A DNA stretch of 64,000 nt, taken from NCBI GenBank assembly GCA_964016885.1, contig OZ024742.1, forward strand, positions 307,768,001 through 307,832,000, written 5' to 3'. A program made the translations under genes and the position numbers. Positions 1 through 14,365 of the stretch are shown in pieces. The notes beneath the pieces were generated by a model. That model saw nothing but the letters and a program-made list of their open reading frames with translations, was not told the DNA's origin and made no database searches. Source of the stretch: Eledone cirrhosa (Eukaryota). Position 1 is the stretch's first letter. The number at the start of each line of letters is the position of its first letter.

Positions 1-150
1 CATGTTTGTTTTGTTGTTAATTGTTAACTCTCTTTCGTCACACATTCTGTGACCTCTTCAGTGACTACTTTTGTTATTTTATAGATACAAGATGTTGTAT
101 AACAGAACAAAGAGGAGACACAAATTAACAAAAAGGGACAAAATGTAATA
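1..150. mobile_element. PLE pLTR-like repeat family F1, hammerhead-bearing arm plus short inverted arm
   Basis: Minus strand 23-65 reads GTCA-CTGAAGA-G-GTCACA..TGTGAC-GAAA. Positions 85-140 are an inverted copy of the F1 upstream segment also seen at 400-430, 28012 and 46832. Confidence 0.6.
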
Positions 151-159
151 TAATGTATA

Positions 160-432
160 CTTCGTTTTTGTATTTATTTTGCAAAATTGCTTATCTGAAA
201 ACGTGTATTGAAATAGATATTGTTATACTTTGGGAGGGTCATGCTGCCAATAAAAACACATGCACCTGTTGTTTTTCACTTCAATTTATTATAATTTCCA
301 GTCGGTTAGTTTAATAACCGGTTGGTTGTTTATTTGCTTATTGTCAAAGCACTTTCGTCACATATTCTGTGACCTCCTCAGTGACTAATCTCTTATTGTG
401 TGTCTCTCCTTTTTCTCTGTCCTACACCATAT
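160..432 (-). mobile_element. PLE pLTR-like repeat family F1
   Basis: Shares tactttgggagggtcatg.tgccaataa and the hammerhead block with copies at 27.8, 46.6 and 53.5 kb. Confidence 0.7.
343..385 (-). ncRNA. Minimal type I hammerhead ribozyme motif (F1)
   Basis: GTCA CTGAGGA G GTCACA-GAATA-TGTGAC GAAA GTGC TT TGAC: stems I and II, both core motifs and a very short stem III. Confidence 0.65.
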
Positions 433-1067
433 TGCCTATGATGTATGTTTCCATGTTTTTGTGTGTGTACGCAATAGATTCTGCATAACACAATATTTGA
501 GAAGAGCCTCAGTTAAATATTTTATTTTTAAAATAATTAATTTTTTCTTGAAGAATCTGATGCTGAGACCTATTATGTAGGAGTTTGACAGCCAAATTTA
601 CTTGACAATATCTACATTAAGAATCTAAATATTTGCTAGTTATTCTGATACTTGTTTTTTCTTTTACCTGCTAATACGATGCATGTGATGTAAGATTTGT
701 GTGCTTGATGTTTAACTACAACCAATTCCTCGGTTTTCAGAAATCTTTAGAATTATATGTTTTGCTGAGTAATACAAAGAAGAGATAATGCTAGAATCTT
801 ATGAGATAAGAACAACTAATTGACAATGACAACACACTTGTAATGTTACGTAAAAATCGATTATTAAACCACCAATGATACTTGTGACATATATCCGCTT
901 CTAGAAATATGCTCTTCGATTGTTGGGCAATCTTGAATTCATGACTATACAAATACTATCGCAAATATAATCTGTATCTGCTTTCTGTTTGAAATATTAA
1001 TGCTACAACTATTTCTGTTCCATTAAACGTGTAAGCTTTGTATCACTTGATAAACAACCCTATGAAC

Positions 1068-1170
1068 CTCAGTCGGTTTCGTCGACGAATCTTCTAGCTT
1101 CTTGATCAACAGAATGTCTTGCTCATGAAATTATCGTGCAAGCGCTGAAATTTCCAAAGGCACGTGTGCC
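1068..1170. repeat. Degenerate interspersed repeat, also at about 6660-6740, 24470-24555 (inverted) and 44890-45070
   Basis: Shared motif close to ggaacagcctgctcgtgaaattaacgtg and gtacccttaa between copies. Confidence 0.45.
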
Positions 1171-1744
1171 GGAAGAGTGCTAAGGTTCGTTTTGCCCTTA
1201 GTCACGTGGGAAGGGCCATGATCTATTTTGTAAGATCTGTGATTGATGGGAAGGAGAGACTGAGGTACGTTGCAACCGAAAGGACACTAAACATAACCCA
1301 GAAATCAATAATATTATATATATTAATATAAATATTACTTATATAAATAACTTGAAACCTATTATATTTCGTTGAAGGTTCGTACCAGAAGCTATACCTA
1401 AAATGTCTGCAGCTGATATTGACCCCATTTCAAGCTAAACAAAATGATGTTATCTATTAAGATATTTACTTTAAAATCCCTTTAAATGTAAAATATTTTC
1501 GATAGCCAGATTAATTCTAAAGATTTTCTTTCTTATTCGTGATCCTTTTCGTGACATAATAGACTGATGCAAAGGAGAGAAATGGGAGATTTGACCCGGA
1601 AATCTAGAAAACAGACCATTGTGTGAAACTGGGCCCCAGATCAAGTCGACAACTGCTGTGGTCCATAGTGGGATTTGATCTGAGAACAAAAAGATCCACA
1701 CCGAACATAACATTTGCGGCTCTAACGAATCCGCCAGTCCAGAG

Positions 1745-1870
1745 TTCTGGCCGACACTTTATTTATTAACGTCGGATGGATTAAAGGCAAACTTGCTTTC
1801 CGTGGAAGTTGAACTCAGAACGCAAAAAGCAGGAGTAAATCCCGCAAAGGACACTGCCAATTCACCGAAA
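1745..1870 (-). mobile_element. Degenerate tRNA-derived SINE (family A)
   Basis: aaaggcaaa...ttgaactcagaa similar to the intact copies at 6345 and 62170. Confidence 0.45.
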
Positions 1871-2098
1871 CACTAAAGTAACTTAATTCTGGCATAATAT
1901 ATTCTAAAACAAAAGCTTTGCAAAGGAAAAGTTTTTCTATCCCACCGTGGATAATAAAATTAGTTTTAAGATACCACAGCCTATCCAATAATATATACCA
2001 CGCGGCTATATTCATATTTATCGAAGGACATTATCACACTGAGCTAAATGAATTTCATTAGGAATTGAAACATGGTTCAATGAATTTCTCTTGTGTAA

Positions 2099-3129
<1,031 letters not shown>

Positions 3130-3586
3130 TTGCACAAAAGAGAATTACTGAACCATGTATCAATTCAATATATATATATATCACTTTGGCTTCAACATAT
3201 ACTCTATTAATAAGCAATGGTATGACGGTGTGTGACATAGGGAGGAAGCAAATTCCATACAATCCAAAATCACTATACAGTCTTCTTTTCATATGAAGCC
3301 ATCTTCACTCCAGGTATGTTACTAATACATTTTGGAAAGTAAATATCAAGAGTAAGGTTTTGTATTTAATATTCAACAAAAGTCTATTGTCCCTCTATAA
3401 GAAATCAATATGACTGTTGTGAGCACTAGCTGAATAAATATTTTATAATCTCTATATTAGCAGTAATATGTAGTTAGTAATCGCCTATATTCTTCCTTTC
3501 AGTGAAACTGTGAAATAACCACCGCTAACCATAGTTCTAGTGATAACAATGATGACGTCGGTTGTAGCAACAAGAAATACAAACAC

Positions 3587-3587
3587 T

Positions 3588-3619
<32 letters not shown>

Positions 3620-3697
3620 GGTAGTAGTAGTGGTGGTGGTGGTGGTGGTGATAGTGGTGTTGTTGATGGTGCTGGTTGCGTTGGTGGTGGTGGTGGC

Positions 3698-3762
<65 letters not shown>

Positions 3763-3860
3763 TAGTGGTAGTAGTAGTAGTGGTGGTGGTGGTCGTGGTG
3801 GTGGTCGTGGTTGTGGTGGTGATAGTGGTGTTGTTGATGGTGCTGGTTGCGTTGGTGGTG

Positions 3861-3945
<85 letters not shown>

Positions 3946-4029
3946 TAGTAGTAGTGGTAGTGGTGGTGGTGGTCGTGGTAGTCGTGGTTGTGGTGGTGAT
4001 AGTGGTGTTGTTGATGGTGCTGGTTGCGT

Positions 4030-4083
<54 letters not shown>

Positions 4084-4160
4084 AAGTAGTTGTGGTGGTG
4101 GTGGTCTTGGTGGTGGTAGTGGTGCTGTTGATGGTGCCGGTTGCGTTGGTGGTGGTGATG

Positions 4161-4236
<76 letters not shown>
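3587..4236. repeat. (TAG/TGG)n trinucleotide array with four higher-order units
   Basis: Cassette gtggtgttgttgatggtgctggttgcgttgg recurs near 3653, 3824, 4002 and 4119. Confidence 0.9.
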
Positions 4237-4699
4237 ATACTATTTAAATGAAACATTGAATATTTGAACATTCACTTAGTTGTAACTGTCGCCGTGCATT
4301 TTAAATTGGTTTTATGGTGTATTGTTGGAATCCTGATTCTGCAAGACACTATTTCTTCCCGTCAGTTAATTGACACATCACTTCCAAACTTTGACAGGTC
4401 TATTTAATTATAGTCAAAAAAGAAATACTTAGACAGTCAAGAGTAAATATAATTAAATTGTTTATTGGAAAAGAAAAAAATAGGAAAATCAAGTTGGTTC
4501 GATACACGTCTCTAATTACGATACGCGATATTGCAACAATTATAAATTAATTTATTAATAGCAGTAGCATCTAACAAAACAAACTAAAAAGTATCAGAGT
4601 AGAAATTAAATTTATTTAACCCTATGAAAGCTGAAGTAAATTATTTATCAATGCTTACTGTTTAATCACATCTTTTAATGATTTAGCAAAGAAGACATA

Positions 4700-4812
4700 A
4701 AAATGGACAGGATCAGGGCATTTCAAAGGAAGGAGTTTGGCGGAATGTACGACAATGGCAAGAGAGAGGAAATGATGGAGAGTGCTGGACCATGAGTCCA
4801 GGATACCTGGAT
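4700..4812 (+). pseudogene. RTE-like LINE ORF C-terminal remnant
   Basis: Translates to KWTG...SLAECTTMARERK*WRVL, resembling the RTE terminal A.DR..WR motif; followed by a TAA-rich tail. Confidence 0.4.
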
Positions 4813-4886
4813 AATGATAATTATTATTATTTCAGTTGTTGTTAGGGCGGTAGAGCCTTGTACCTAAATCAGAAACCATTATTATT

Positions 4887-4936
<50 letters not shown>

Positions 4937-5261
4937 TATCATCATCATCATCATCATCATCATCAATAGGAGAAACTTAAGACACGTGGATTTTACTCGT
5001 TTCTAAAATATGTCAGATACGACACAAGCTAATGCAATTATAATCACATTCGACAAGCAAGTCTTGAAAAAAATGATGAAGAAAAATATTCTAGCAGAAA
5101 ATGAATATAATTACTACAGTGTCCTTCAATACGGTTTTATTTGATATAATTGGGATACTCAGCAGAAATAAAAGACGGATGCGACAGCAGTAGTAGCAAT
5201 AGCTGTGGAATAAGAAACGGAAGAAAGAGAAACAGCAGTACAAGCAGCAGTAGTAGATGTA

Positions 5262-5330
5262 ATAATTGTTTCTACTTTTGGCACAAGGCCAGCAATTACC
5301 CAGTGCATTACTGGTACTTTATTTTATCGA
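5262..5330 (-). mobile_element. SINE family A, 3' fragment
   Basis: Near-identical to 6345-6410 and 57667-57733. Confidence 0.7.
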
Positions 5331-5504
5331 TGTAATAATGTCAGTAATATAATAAGGTTCTTTCTATTTTATATCTTCCTGTAGAGTCATATGAACAGAA
5401 TAAACCCAGAGGCAAATTGAAGATGGAATGTCAAACGTGGTAACATTAGAAATATAAATCAATGTAGAAGAATAACATGATTTTGAATAACTACAATTAA
5501 TAGT

Positions 5505-5720
5505 GGTCTCTGATTTAGGCACAAGGCCAACAATTTGGGGAAAGGGGAAGGTCGACTAAATCGACCCCAGTACTAAACTGCTGGTTTATTTTATCGACCT
5601 CGTAAGGATGAAAGTCAAAGCTAACCTCGGCGGAATTTGAACTCAGAAAGTAAAGGGCCGCAAATCTATGCTGGAAACATGCTGTCCGACGTTCTACCGA
5701 TGCTGAAAATCCACCGCCCT
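5505..5720 (-). mobile_element. tRNA-derived SINE family A
   Basis: Minus-strand B box GAGTTCAAATTCC and conserved body ttcatcct..gaggtcgataaaataa. Confidence 0.8.
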
Positions 5721-5774
5721 TACAGACCAATTAATAAAGACTCATAATTGAATAAGAGCTGCTTCTTCATCGCC

Positions 5775-5870
5775 GACTACGTAGCCTAGTCGGTAGGGCA
5801 TCAAACTTTTAAGTGTGAGTTTTTGTTTGAAGATTTTTAAGGGTTGTGGATTCAAATCCCCCTGCAGGAT
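5775..5870 (+). pseudogene. Decayed tRNA-Lys(TTT)-like sequence with about 22-nt insert after the anticodon (pseudogene or SINE head)
   Basis: TAGCCTAGTCGGTAGGGCA-TCAAA-CTTTTAA matches the Lys-UUU D arm and anticodon loop; T loop TTCAAAT; acceptor stem imperfect. Confidence 0.6.
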
Positions 5871-6121
5871 GTTTAGATAGGTATTTCCAGTTACTTACAT
5901 AAATTACATATTTATTGAAATCGTGATAAGCACCGCGTTACACTGTACGTTGCTTGTACAATACACATTTTAATAAATTTGCTACGTGAGCCCTCTACCT
6001 ACCGGAGAAAGCATCTGAATCATCAGTGCTGCCTAACTAAGAAAATGTGACATCATAGGACGTAGTGCTAAATATACAAAAAACCTGGGAGTTTTATCGT
6101 CAGAGGGCATTAACAAAACAT

Positions 6122-6325
6122 CTTCTAATAGTGGCAAAAGGCCAGACATTGCGGGAGAAATATGAATTCGATCCCAGTACTTAACTGGTACTTTAATTTA
6201 TCGACTCCAGAAGGATGAAATGCAAAATTGACCTCTGAGAATTTGAACTCAGAATGTTAAGCGCCATAAGAAATACTGCAATTCTATTTCATCCGATTAT
6301 CTTCCAAATCTGCTTATACCCCATC
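6122..6325 (-). mobile_element. Degenerate SINE family A
   Basis: cccagtacttaactggtac..aaggatgaaa..atttgaactcagaa. Confidence 0.65.
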
Positions 6326-6344
6326 CATGGAATGATTTAATAAT

Positions 6345-6534
6345 AATTGTTTCTACTTTAGGCACAAGGCCACCAATTACCCAGTGTATTACCGGTAATT
6401 TATTTTATCGACCCCGTAAGGATGAAAGGCAAAGTTAACCTCGGCAGGATTTGAACTCAGAATGGCAAGGGCTGTAACGCTATGCGTCAAAGCATGGCGT
6501 CCGATCCTCTACCGATACTGCCAATCCACCGCCC
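6345..6534 (-). mobile_element. tRNA-derived SINE family A, full length
   Basis: A box TGGCAGTATCGG and B box GAGTTCAAATCC on the minus strand; closely matches 62170-62357. Confidence 0.85.
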
Positions 6535-7129
6535 TTTTAATAATAATTTAATAATAATTCTGTTCAATCTGTTTCAATAAAAAAAAATTCCACTGAGGAC
6601 AATTCAATTACTCCTGCATGCGTTCACTAAAATAAAACTCTGCCAGTGTGTTGGACCCCGCCTGTTTCCACGACGAGTATTCCTCTTTTTTGCTCAATGG
6701 AACAGACCTTTTGTGATATTAACGTGCCAATGTCAGAGGATGGACATGGAAACCCCTACCGTATTTCGCATTGAGAAATTTGGCAAAGCTCGTAATTGGA
6801 ATTTAGATAGAACTGATTTTTTCCAGATGTATGGACGGGAGTATTATGAAATAAAGTCTCTTTCAAAAGACAGCGCCAGTAATTGAACTCGCGACATTAC
6901 GATCAGGAACCGAACACCCTATCAGCAAACCAAAAGCCTTCCCAAATCCAACTAGTACCTAAAAAACAAGCTCAGATTGATATCTTCCGTGAAATTGAGT
7001 ACCAGCCATGACATCAACGACGGCGATAACGACAACATTAACATTATCACTGCGTCCAGAAAAAACAATTATAATGACAACCATAACAAGAAACTAACAA
7101 GAAACTAACTAGCAAGAGCGATCGCAACA

Positions 7130-7710
7130 CCTAAAGCAACAACAACAAAACAACTACTTCAATAGTACGAGTACAACAACAAAAACAACAGCAACGCGAA
7201 GGACGAGTAAAACAACAAAAACAACAGTAACATTCACAACAACAACAAAAACAATAACTACATTAACAACGGATAGATGACAGCAATAATACCAACAGCA
7301 GCAACAGTTGCACAACAACAACAATAACAACAACAAAAGTAACAGGAGTTGTCAGAGCAACAACAACAAAAACAACTACTTCAATAATGACGGCATGGAC
7401 AACAGCAATAATACCAACAACAGCAGCAGCAACAGATGCTCAACAACATAAAACAACTACAACAACAACAACAACAATAACAGCTCATCAACAACAGCAA
7501 CAACAACAATAGCAATAACAACAGCAACAACAACAGCAACAACAACAGAAACAACAACAGCAACAACAGCAGCAATAACAACAACAACAGCAACAACAAC
7601 AACAGCAACAACAACAACAGCAACAACAACAACAACAACAACAACAGCAACAATAACAACAACAACAGCAATAACAACAAGAACAACAACAACGACAACA
7701 ACAACAGGAC
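7130..7710. repeat. (CAA/CAG)n degenerate trinucleotide array
   Basis: Direct reading; internal duplication of aaacaactacttcaata at about 7148 and 7370. Confidence 0.9.
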
Positions 7711-8044
7711 CAAGAGGAGTTGTCACATCACCAACCATGACAACAAGGACGATGACAACACCAGGTGCAATAATTGATGTAATACACGATGAATTATGTA
7801 GCATAAAATTTAATTTTATTTTCACTTGTTTCTACAGAGAATCAAATTAAATTTATCAATATTTCAACAGTCAACATATGATTTTCTTTACAACCTTCCC
7901 CTTTACTCCCCTGCATCTAACTTTCTTGTCTTTGTTTCTTTTTCATCTTTTTCGCCTTGTTTTCTCAGCAATGTTTGGTTTGTATTGCAGAATATCATCA
8001 ATAAAAAAGCTGTAGAAAATTTGATTCAACAAAAGCGTTCCCAG

Positions 8045-8430
8045 CTTCTTCTTCTTCTCCCCTCCACCCCTTCTTCTTCTTCCCCTCCTCCTTCTCCTTC
8101 TCCTCCTCCTCCTCCTTCTGCCCACCCGTCCCTCCCTTCCTCTCCCCCTTCTTCTTTCCCATCCCCTTGCCCCTCCCCATTCTTCTTCTTCTTCTTCTTC
8201 TTCTTCTTCTTCTTCTTCTTCTTCTTCTTCTTCTTCTTCTTCTTCTTCTTCTTCTTCTTCTTCTTCGTCTCCTTCTCCCCCCCTCTCTCTCTGTCAATCT
8301 ATATCTGCCTCTCTATCCCTGTATCTTGAACTCACTGTTTCTCTCATTTTCCATCTTTCCATCTTTCTTTCTGACTGTCTGTCAGGTATGTCTGTCGGCC
8401 CGATATCTCTCCCCCTCCTTCTTCTCCTCT

Positions 8431-8503
<73 letters not shown>

Positions 8504-8590
8504 TCTCTCTAACTCTCTCTCTCTCTCTCACACAGACTCATAAATCTCTATCTATCTATCTATCTATCTATCTACTTATCTATCTATCTA
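8045..8590. repeat. Pyrimidine-rich compound microsatellite (CTT)n, (CT)n, (TATC)n
   Basis: Direct reading; (TATC)n at 8549-8590 is the left edge of the LINE array. Confidence 0.95.
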
Positions 8591-8698
8591 TTTTAAATTT
8601 TATATTTCTTATTTGTTTTATATTTGTTATTTGTTATCTTTACTCGCCTTTTTGTATTTGTCCCCTTCTTTTGCGCCCTCTTGACAATAAATAGAAAT
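8591..8698 (+). mobile_element. Tx1-like LINE, 3' UTR-only fragment (insertion 0)
   Basis: tgtatttgtcccc..gcgccc..aataaatagaaat-(TATC)n, same terminus as the long copies. Confidence 0.7.
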
Positions 8699-8937
8699 AT
8701 ATCTATCTATCTATCTATTATTTCCTGATCGATAGACGTGTGTCACTTCGCTGCGAAGTTTTTACGGATTTACTATACAAAAAACTGTAAGTTCATTGTT
8801 GAATTTGATAGTGTTGTTTAGCTTGACCCCTCGTCTGGGCTTTCAGACAGTCGGTTAACCCATTTTCGCCACTTTAGGGGCGAAATTTGCATTTGAAAAA
8901 TTTGCTGTGAAAAATTATTTACATTTTAAATTCAGTA

Positions 8938-10755
8938 ATGGATGCCATTACTACTACACATTCAACTATGAATGCCGCGCCCACTAAGAAAGGTGGTGGA
9001 GAGGAAGTAAGAGTAGAAAGCTCGCAGCCTTCCCCCCTCACCTTTTAGAAAGACGTTGTGAACGTCGACATGTTTGAGAAGCACGTAAACACGGGATCAA
9101 ACCTGAACAGTAATAACAACAGCAACCAGAACAACAATGACAACAACACCACAACCAACAACAGCAACAGTAACAACACCAACACCATGAAAAATGCAAA
9201 CGACACCAACCAGAACAATATCAATAACAAGGACAACAACAATAACAATGGTGAAAACAACACCATCACCAACAACAACAAGGAAGACACCAACACCAAA
9301 ATGAACAACCCCACGACCAAAATTTCTTTTGCACAAACTGTCTAAAAGACAGAAATGTATACACCAATTGAAAACTATAGTTTTCAGGACAATCTCAAAC
9401 TCCACCAGAAAACCAGCTCAATTAACGAAAAATGAAATTGAGCTGGTTCTAAGAAACTACATTACCTTCATACAGAAGGGAAAACTCTTCGGGAGTTTAT
9501 CAGTGATAATGAAAGATCAATTAAAGGCACAGAAATATGCTGTGTCGCCAATTGTGCCCCCCCCTCTACAGCTTCCCCCCAGATATATGGGAAAAAGGAC
9601 TAAAAAAATAAGAGTGTCAAGTATTAAACCAAATGTAAATATTTGGTGCATATTATGTGGCTTCATCAACTTTGATGAAGACACATTAATTTCAATAGGA
9701 AGGTCTTCCAGGGGCGTATTTGGTGGTACTAGCCTAGAAGTTCTGGTCCAAATGTGGCCAGAACGAATAGCTAGAATACCACAACGTGTGCCTCTAGACG
9801 GAATTTCCTATATAAACATTTCTGTTGAGAGTAGGAGGCCTTCATGTTACCACTGTTTAAGCAGTGGTCACCTGAGGGCTTCCTGTCCTCAGTTAACTGT
9901 GCTGAAAGAAAAGGCACTACTGCCGACGCCCAACACAACAACATAACCACCACCACCACCACCACCACCACCACCACCACCACCATCACCACCACAACAA
10001 CAACAACAACAACACACACAAATAACCAAAACAAACCAAACCGCAAACACAGTCCCACCCAACCCCTCCCCACCTAAAACAACTTCAAAAATGCCCACAA
10101 GCAAAACAGCTCCCCAAAACCTACACCACCCAATCATACAGACAGCACAACGGACGGGGCCCCTTCATCATCACTCAGTGATGATGAGGGAGAGCGCCTC
10201 CGCTCCAAAAGAAAGAAAAAAAGACATAACACGAAAAAGGCAACAAACACACAACCACCAACACAAACAACACAAACATTACAACCCCCCCCCTCCTGAA
10301 AACAAAAAAACAACACTCCAAACACAAACACCTACAATAAAACGAAAACATACACAAGAACAACAGACAAAAACCAACACAACAAGAACATTACACATAC
10401 ACATACATAAATACTGAAAACAAAGGTCATCTCCAAAAACCCTGCGGTAAAAACTAAAGGGAAAACTTTTACAAACTGTTTGGAAAAACCAAACTTAAAA
10501 ATGATTAGGGTCCTGATGGACACATATAGGTCACTAAAAGAAAACTATGATAAGGACGTGGGGAATTCATGCGTCAAACCCATGAACCGCGTCCTTTTGA
10601 AATGTTTTCCCACCCCCAACCCCCACCAACCCAGACACCCCACCCCACCAGGCATTTCCTTCCCCACCCCACCAGAAACCACCACCCTACCAAACGACCC
10701 CTCCAACACCCCCATGGACATTGTGCAGCCTGGTCTCCAGGAAGCGAGGAGGTAA
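8938..10755 (+). pseudogene. ORF1 (gag-like, CCHC knuckle) of copy A, disrupted
   Basis: MDAITT start, SFAQTV motif, CYHCLSSGHLRASC (CX2CX4HX4C); stops and frameshifts. Confidence 0.85.
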
Positions 10756-10796
10756 TTGAATTATTTCCCCTTCTTTTCTAACTCTTCCTCACCAAC

Positions 10797-13700
10797 ATGG
10801 GCAATATAAGAGTCGGATGTGTGAATGTGCGCGGCTTGGGGATCACCTGGAAACAGGGCAAACTCTTAAATGAGCTCAGGTCGCATAGTATGGATGTGGC
10901 AGTCATTTGCGAGTCCAGGATCCACAGCGAGCGACAGCTGGCCCCCATCTTCGACCACTTTGAGATCTACGCATCTCTCTGTCAGCCGGGAGGTGGGCGC
11001 GGAGTTGCCGTTTTGCTGCGGAATCACCTGGACCTCGTACACAGATGGTACATCTGGACCCGGAGTGTCGACTGGTGGTCCTAGACGTCAGCAGTACTGA
11101 AGGTGGAGCCTTCAGACTTGTGGCCGTATATGCCCCATCCGGGACATCGCGGCCAGACTTCTTCAAACGTCTGGAGACTTTTCTGGGAACGTCTCGCTCC
11201 TTGCTTTTAGTGGGGGACTGGAATGGAATCCTAGATACACGTTTGGATTATGTGGGAGCATGTCCCGATAGAGGGGGGGGGGTGTAACAGCCTCAAACAG
11301 TTAATCGGTCGATTTCAACTGGCCGATAGATACCGACTAGATTTCCCGACCGCGCCATTGCGGATGTGGATGAACCGCAGCGAGACATCTAGATGGTACT
11401 TAGGTTTCTAATTAGAGATAGGGATAGGGACATATTAAGCTGTCCACACATGTTCATGGTTGCCTATTCAGATCACAAACTAGTGACCTGCATAGTCAAC
11501 CTTGATAGAACCCATAGGCAGGGACCCGGCTACTGGAAGCTGAACCTGTCGTTACCGACACGTAAACCATACAGTAGTCGGATTAACACTTTAGTTAAGC
11601 AGCAGTTGACGGGGCAATTGTCAACAACAGGTGGTGGTGCTCTATTAAAAGAACAATTAGATTATAATCGATAGGCTTTCGTAAAGAACTAGCGTTAGAT
11701 ATGAATAAGACAGAAAAGGAACTGGTAGATAAAGTAGAAGAGGCGATTAGGAGTGGCAGCGTAGCTAACGTGCTAGCGACAAGAACGGCCCTGAACCAGT
11801 TCATCGACGCAAAGCACGAAAGCTGAGTTGTCAGGAGTAAAATACGTGCTCTGGGAAACGAGGGGGGCCAAGGCTGTTATCTGGGCCCAAGTGACAGAGG
11901 CGAAAAGTGGATTCAAGTCCACGATTCTGTCTTTGAAGGATCAATACGGACGCGTCATACTTGAACCAGAGAAGATGTGCGCGGCACTTTGCACAACTAT
12001 TCGAGCAGAGTGGATTTCGGTCCATACCTCGACGGCCTGCCGCGACTCACGGACGAGGATGCGAAATCCTGCGAACGGCCGATTTCGGCCGCTGAGATAG
12101 GGGACGCGTTGAGCCAATGCGGCAAACTCAAATCGCCGGGTCTCCACGGTCTACCCTACGAATTTTACGTAGCAATGCCGGACTTGTTCTCCGATCTCCT
12201 CGAAGCGGTCTACTGCAACTAGCAGCAGAACGGGAGAATTCCCAGTTCTGTGACCAAGGGCGTAGTCACGCTAGTCAGAAAGGTCGAGAACAAGAGGGAC
12301 CACATAGGTACCTTCAGGCCCATAATTACAGATTTTGGTCAAGGTATCAGCAAAGAAGCTGGCGCTTGTCGTCCGGAACCTTGTGGGAGAAGCGCAGACG
12401 TGCGCAATCCCGACCAGGTCCATACACGACAACCTCCACCTCATGCGATACATCGTAGACAGGGTTGGGGACCTGATCAACTTGGATTAATCTAATGCGT
12501 TCGATAGGGTTGACCACCATTACCTGGATGCGGTGTTCGCGACGGCAGGCTTCGGACCCATGTTCAGGGGCTGGATTGCTGCAATGCACAGCAGCAACAT
12601 CTGATCAAGGGGCAAGGTGAATGGCTACCTTTCGGAGCCGTTCCAAATCACGCGATCCATCCGATAGGGATGCCCTCTCCCCTCCATACTGTATGTACTG
12701 ACTCTCGAGCCACTACTGCGGAAGTTGGAGTGGATGCAGGGCACCCCGTTGGAACCGGGACTGCGAAAATTGGCGACGTCACAGTAATGGTGTCGACGTC
12801 ACAGTAATGGTGTCGACGACGTCACAGTAATGGTGTCGAGCACCTCGCAAATAAGGGAGGTCGGCACCTTACTGAACGAGTACGAAAGGTTCACGGGAGC
12901 GAAGCTGAACCGGGACAAGTCCGTCGGTTTGCGTCGTCGGACGCTGGACGGAGGCACCGGTGAAGCTGCTCGAGGTCTGATTCGGACGGGGCCTCCAGGT
13001 GGAGAAAAACTAGAACGAGGTGATGGCCAAGGTGTTTGCGCTCGCCCAGAAGTGGGCCGAGTGCAAAGTATCCTTGAAAGGTCGAGCGGAGGTGGCGAAC
13101 GCTTTCATAGCGTCTGTCATCTACTAACGCTTGACCGTCATGCCTTTTCCAAGTAAAACGCTCACCAAAATGGAGCGTGCGCTCTTCCGATTCCTTTGGA
13201 AGAAGCGGGCTCCTTTGGTGAGAAGATCCATCTGCTGTCAACACCCTTCGAACGGAGGGCTGGGGTTGCCGTGGCTGACGATGCGCAAACACGTACTAAG
13301 GCTTCGGCACCTCCATGTATTCCTCAACGAACAACCGGTGTGGGCCCCGTTCATGAGGCGAGCCTTCCCGCGACTCGTCTCGCTGACCGAGCTGCAATCA
13401 TGGGTCAAGCAAAGATCGAGGAAAATGGGCGACTGGCACATCGAATGTGCTCAGGCGCTCACAGTCCTCTGGCAAACGGACCCGGCAATCAGTGGAGACT
13501 CCACCTCGTCATTCTATAGAGGGTTAGTCCGCAGCAAGTGCGACGACACTCTCAGAGAAACTCTAGGCGTAGAGGAAGACGAACTGGCCAGTCTGTTCGG
13601 TAGGACCTTCCGCTCGGGACCGATGGACAACTTCCAAAAGTCCCTGGTCTGGCAGTGCTACCGAGGAGCTCTACCTGTTCGAGACAAGCTCTACAAACAC

Positions 13701-14132
13701 GGGGCAGGGATCCCTCGAAAAAGATCTGTGCGGGACGAATAAACCGTCGCGCACGCATTCGTACACTGCCCAGGCGTTACCGACCTGTGGAGCTATGCAG
13801 AACGACTACTGTCGCGGGTGGGACAAATCCGGTTGACCACCGAGTACATTATTGTGATCAAACCGCCACCTTCCTTCAAAAACGAAGGAGAGGCGGTTTT
13901 CCTCTGTGTAATGGCCATGGTGAAAGAGCCTATATGGTGGACGAGACTGAAAGGGCTGAGGTCAAACACCTTTCTCTCCGGCGAACAACTGGTTCGCTTC
14001 TTCAAATATCATTTTAGAAGAAGAATCAGAGTGGAGAGAGAGGTGCTGCACCCCAGTAAATTTTACGAAAGGTGGGTGAATGTGGCAAGGATGGTCCGAG
14101 GGTTTGGGCGTTCTCTTTATATGAGCCTGTAG
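10797..14132 (+). pseudogene. ORF2 (APE endonuclease + reverse transcriptase) of copy A, disrupted
   Basis: VGCVNVRGL, VAVYAP, VGDWN, SDHKLV, GPGYWKLN, KSPGLHGLP; many frameshifts. Confidence 0.9.
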
Positions 14133-14365
14133 GTCAAGGAAGAAGAGAAAGAGAGGAGAGGAGTGCTCGCTCTTCGTGCTCCTTGAGATGAGGGTTGTAC
14201 ATTTATTTTCGGGGTGTGTGCAACCCATTTGTAACGCCTCCCCCTATTGGGGATTTCGTTTGTTTTATTCATCATTTTTGTTATATATTTTTACACGCCT
14301 TGTATTTGTCCACATCTTTTGCGCCCTTGTGGCAAATAAAGAAATCTATCTATCTATCTATCTAT

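Larger units (their letters stand above)
8718..14345 (+). mobile_element. Tx1/L1-clade non-LTR retrotransposon, full-length degenerate copy A
   Basis: 5' UTR, ORF1 with zinc knuckle, ORF2 with APE, RT and C-terminal Cys/His region, AATAAA then (ATCT)n. Confidence 0.92.

Noticed and set aside
3587-4236. CRISPR-like regular repeats
   Set aside because: The spacers are trinucleotide runs, the context is eukaryotic and there are no cas genes.
8823-8890. HDV-like ribozyme in the Tx1 5' UTR (CCCTCG and GGCGAA motifs)
   Set aside because: I could not build the nested double pseudoknot; two simple hairpins explain the covariation better.
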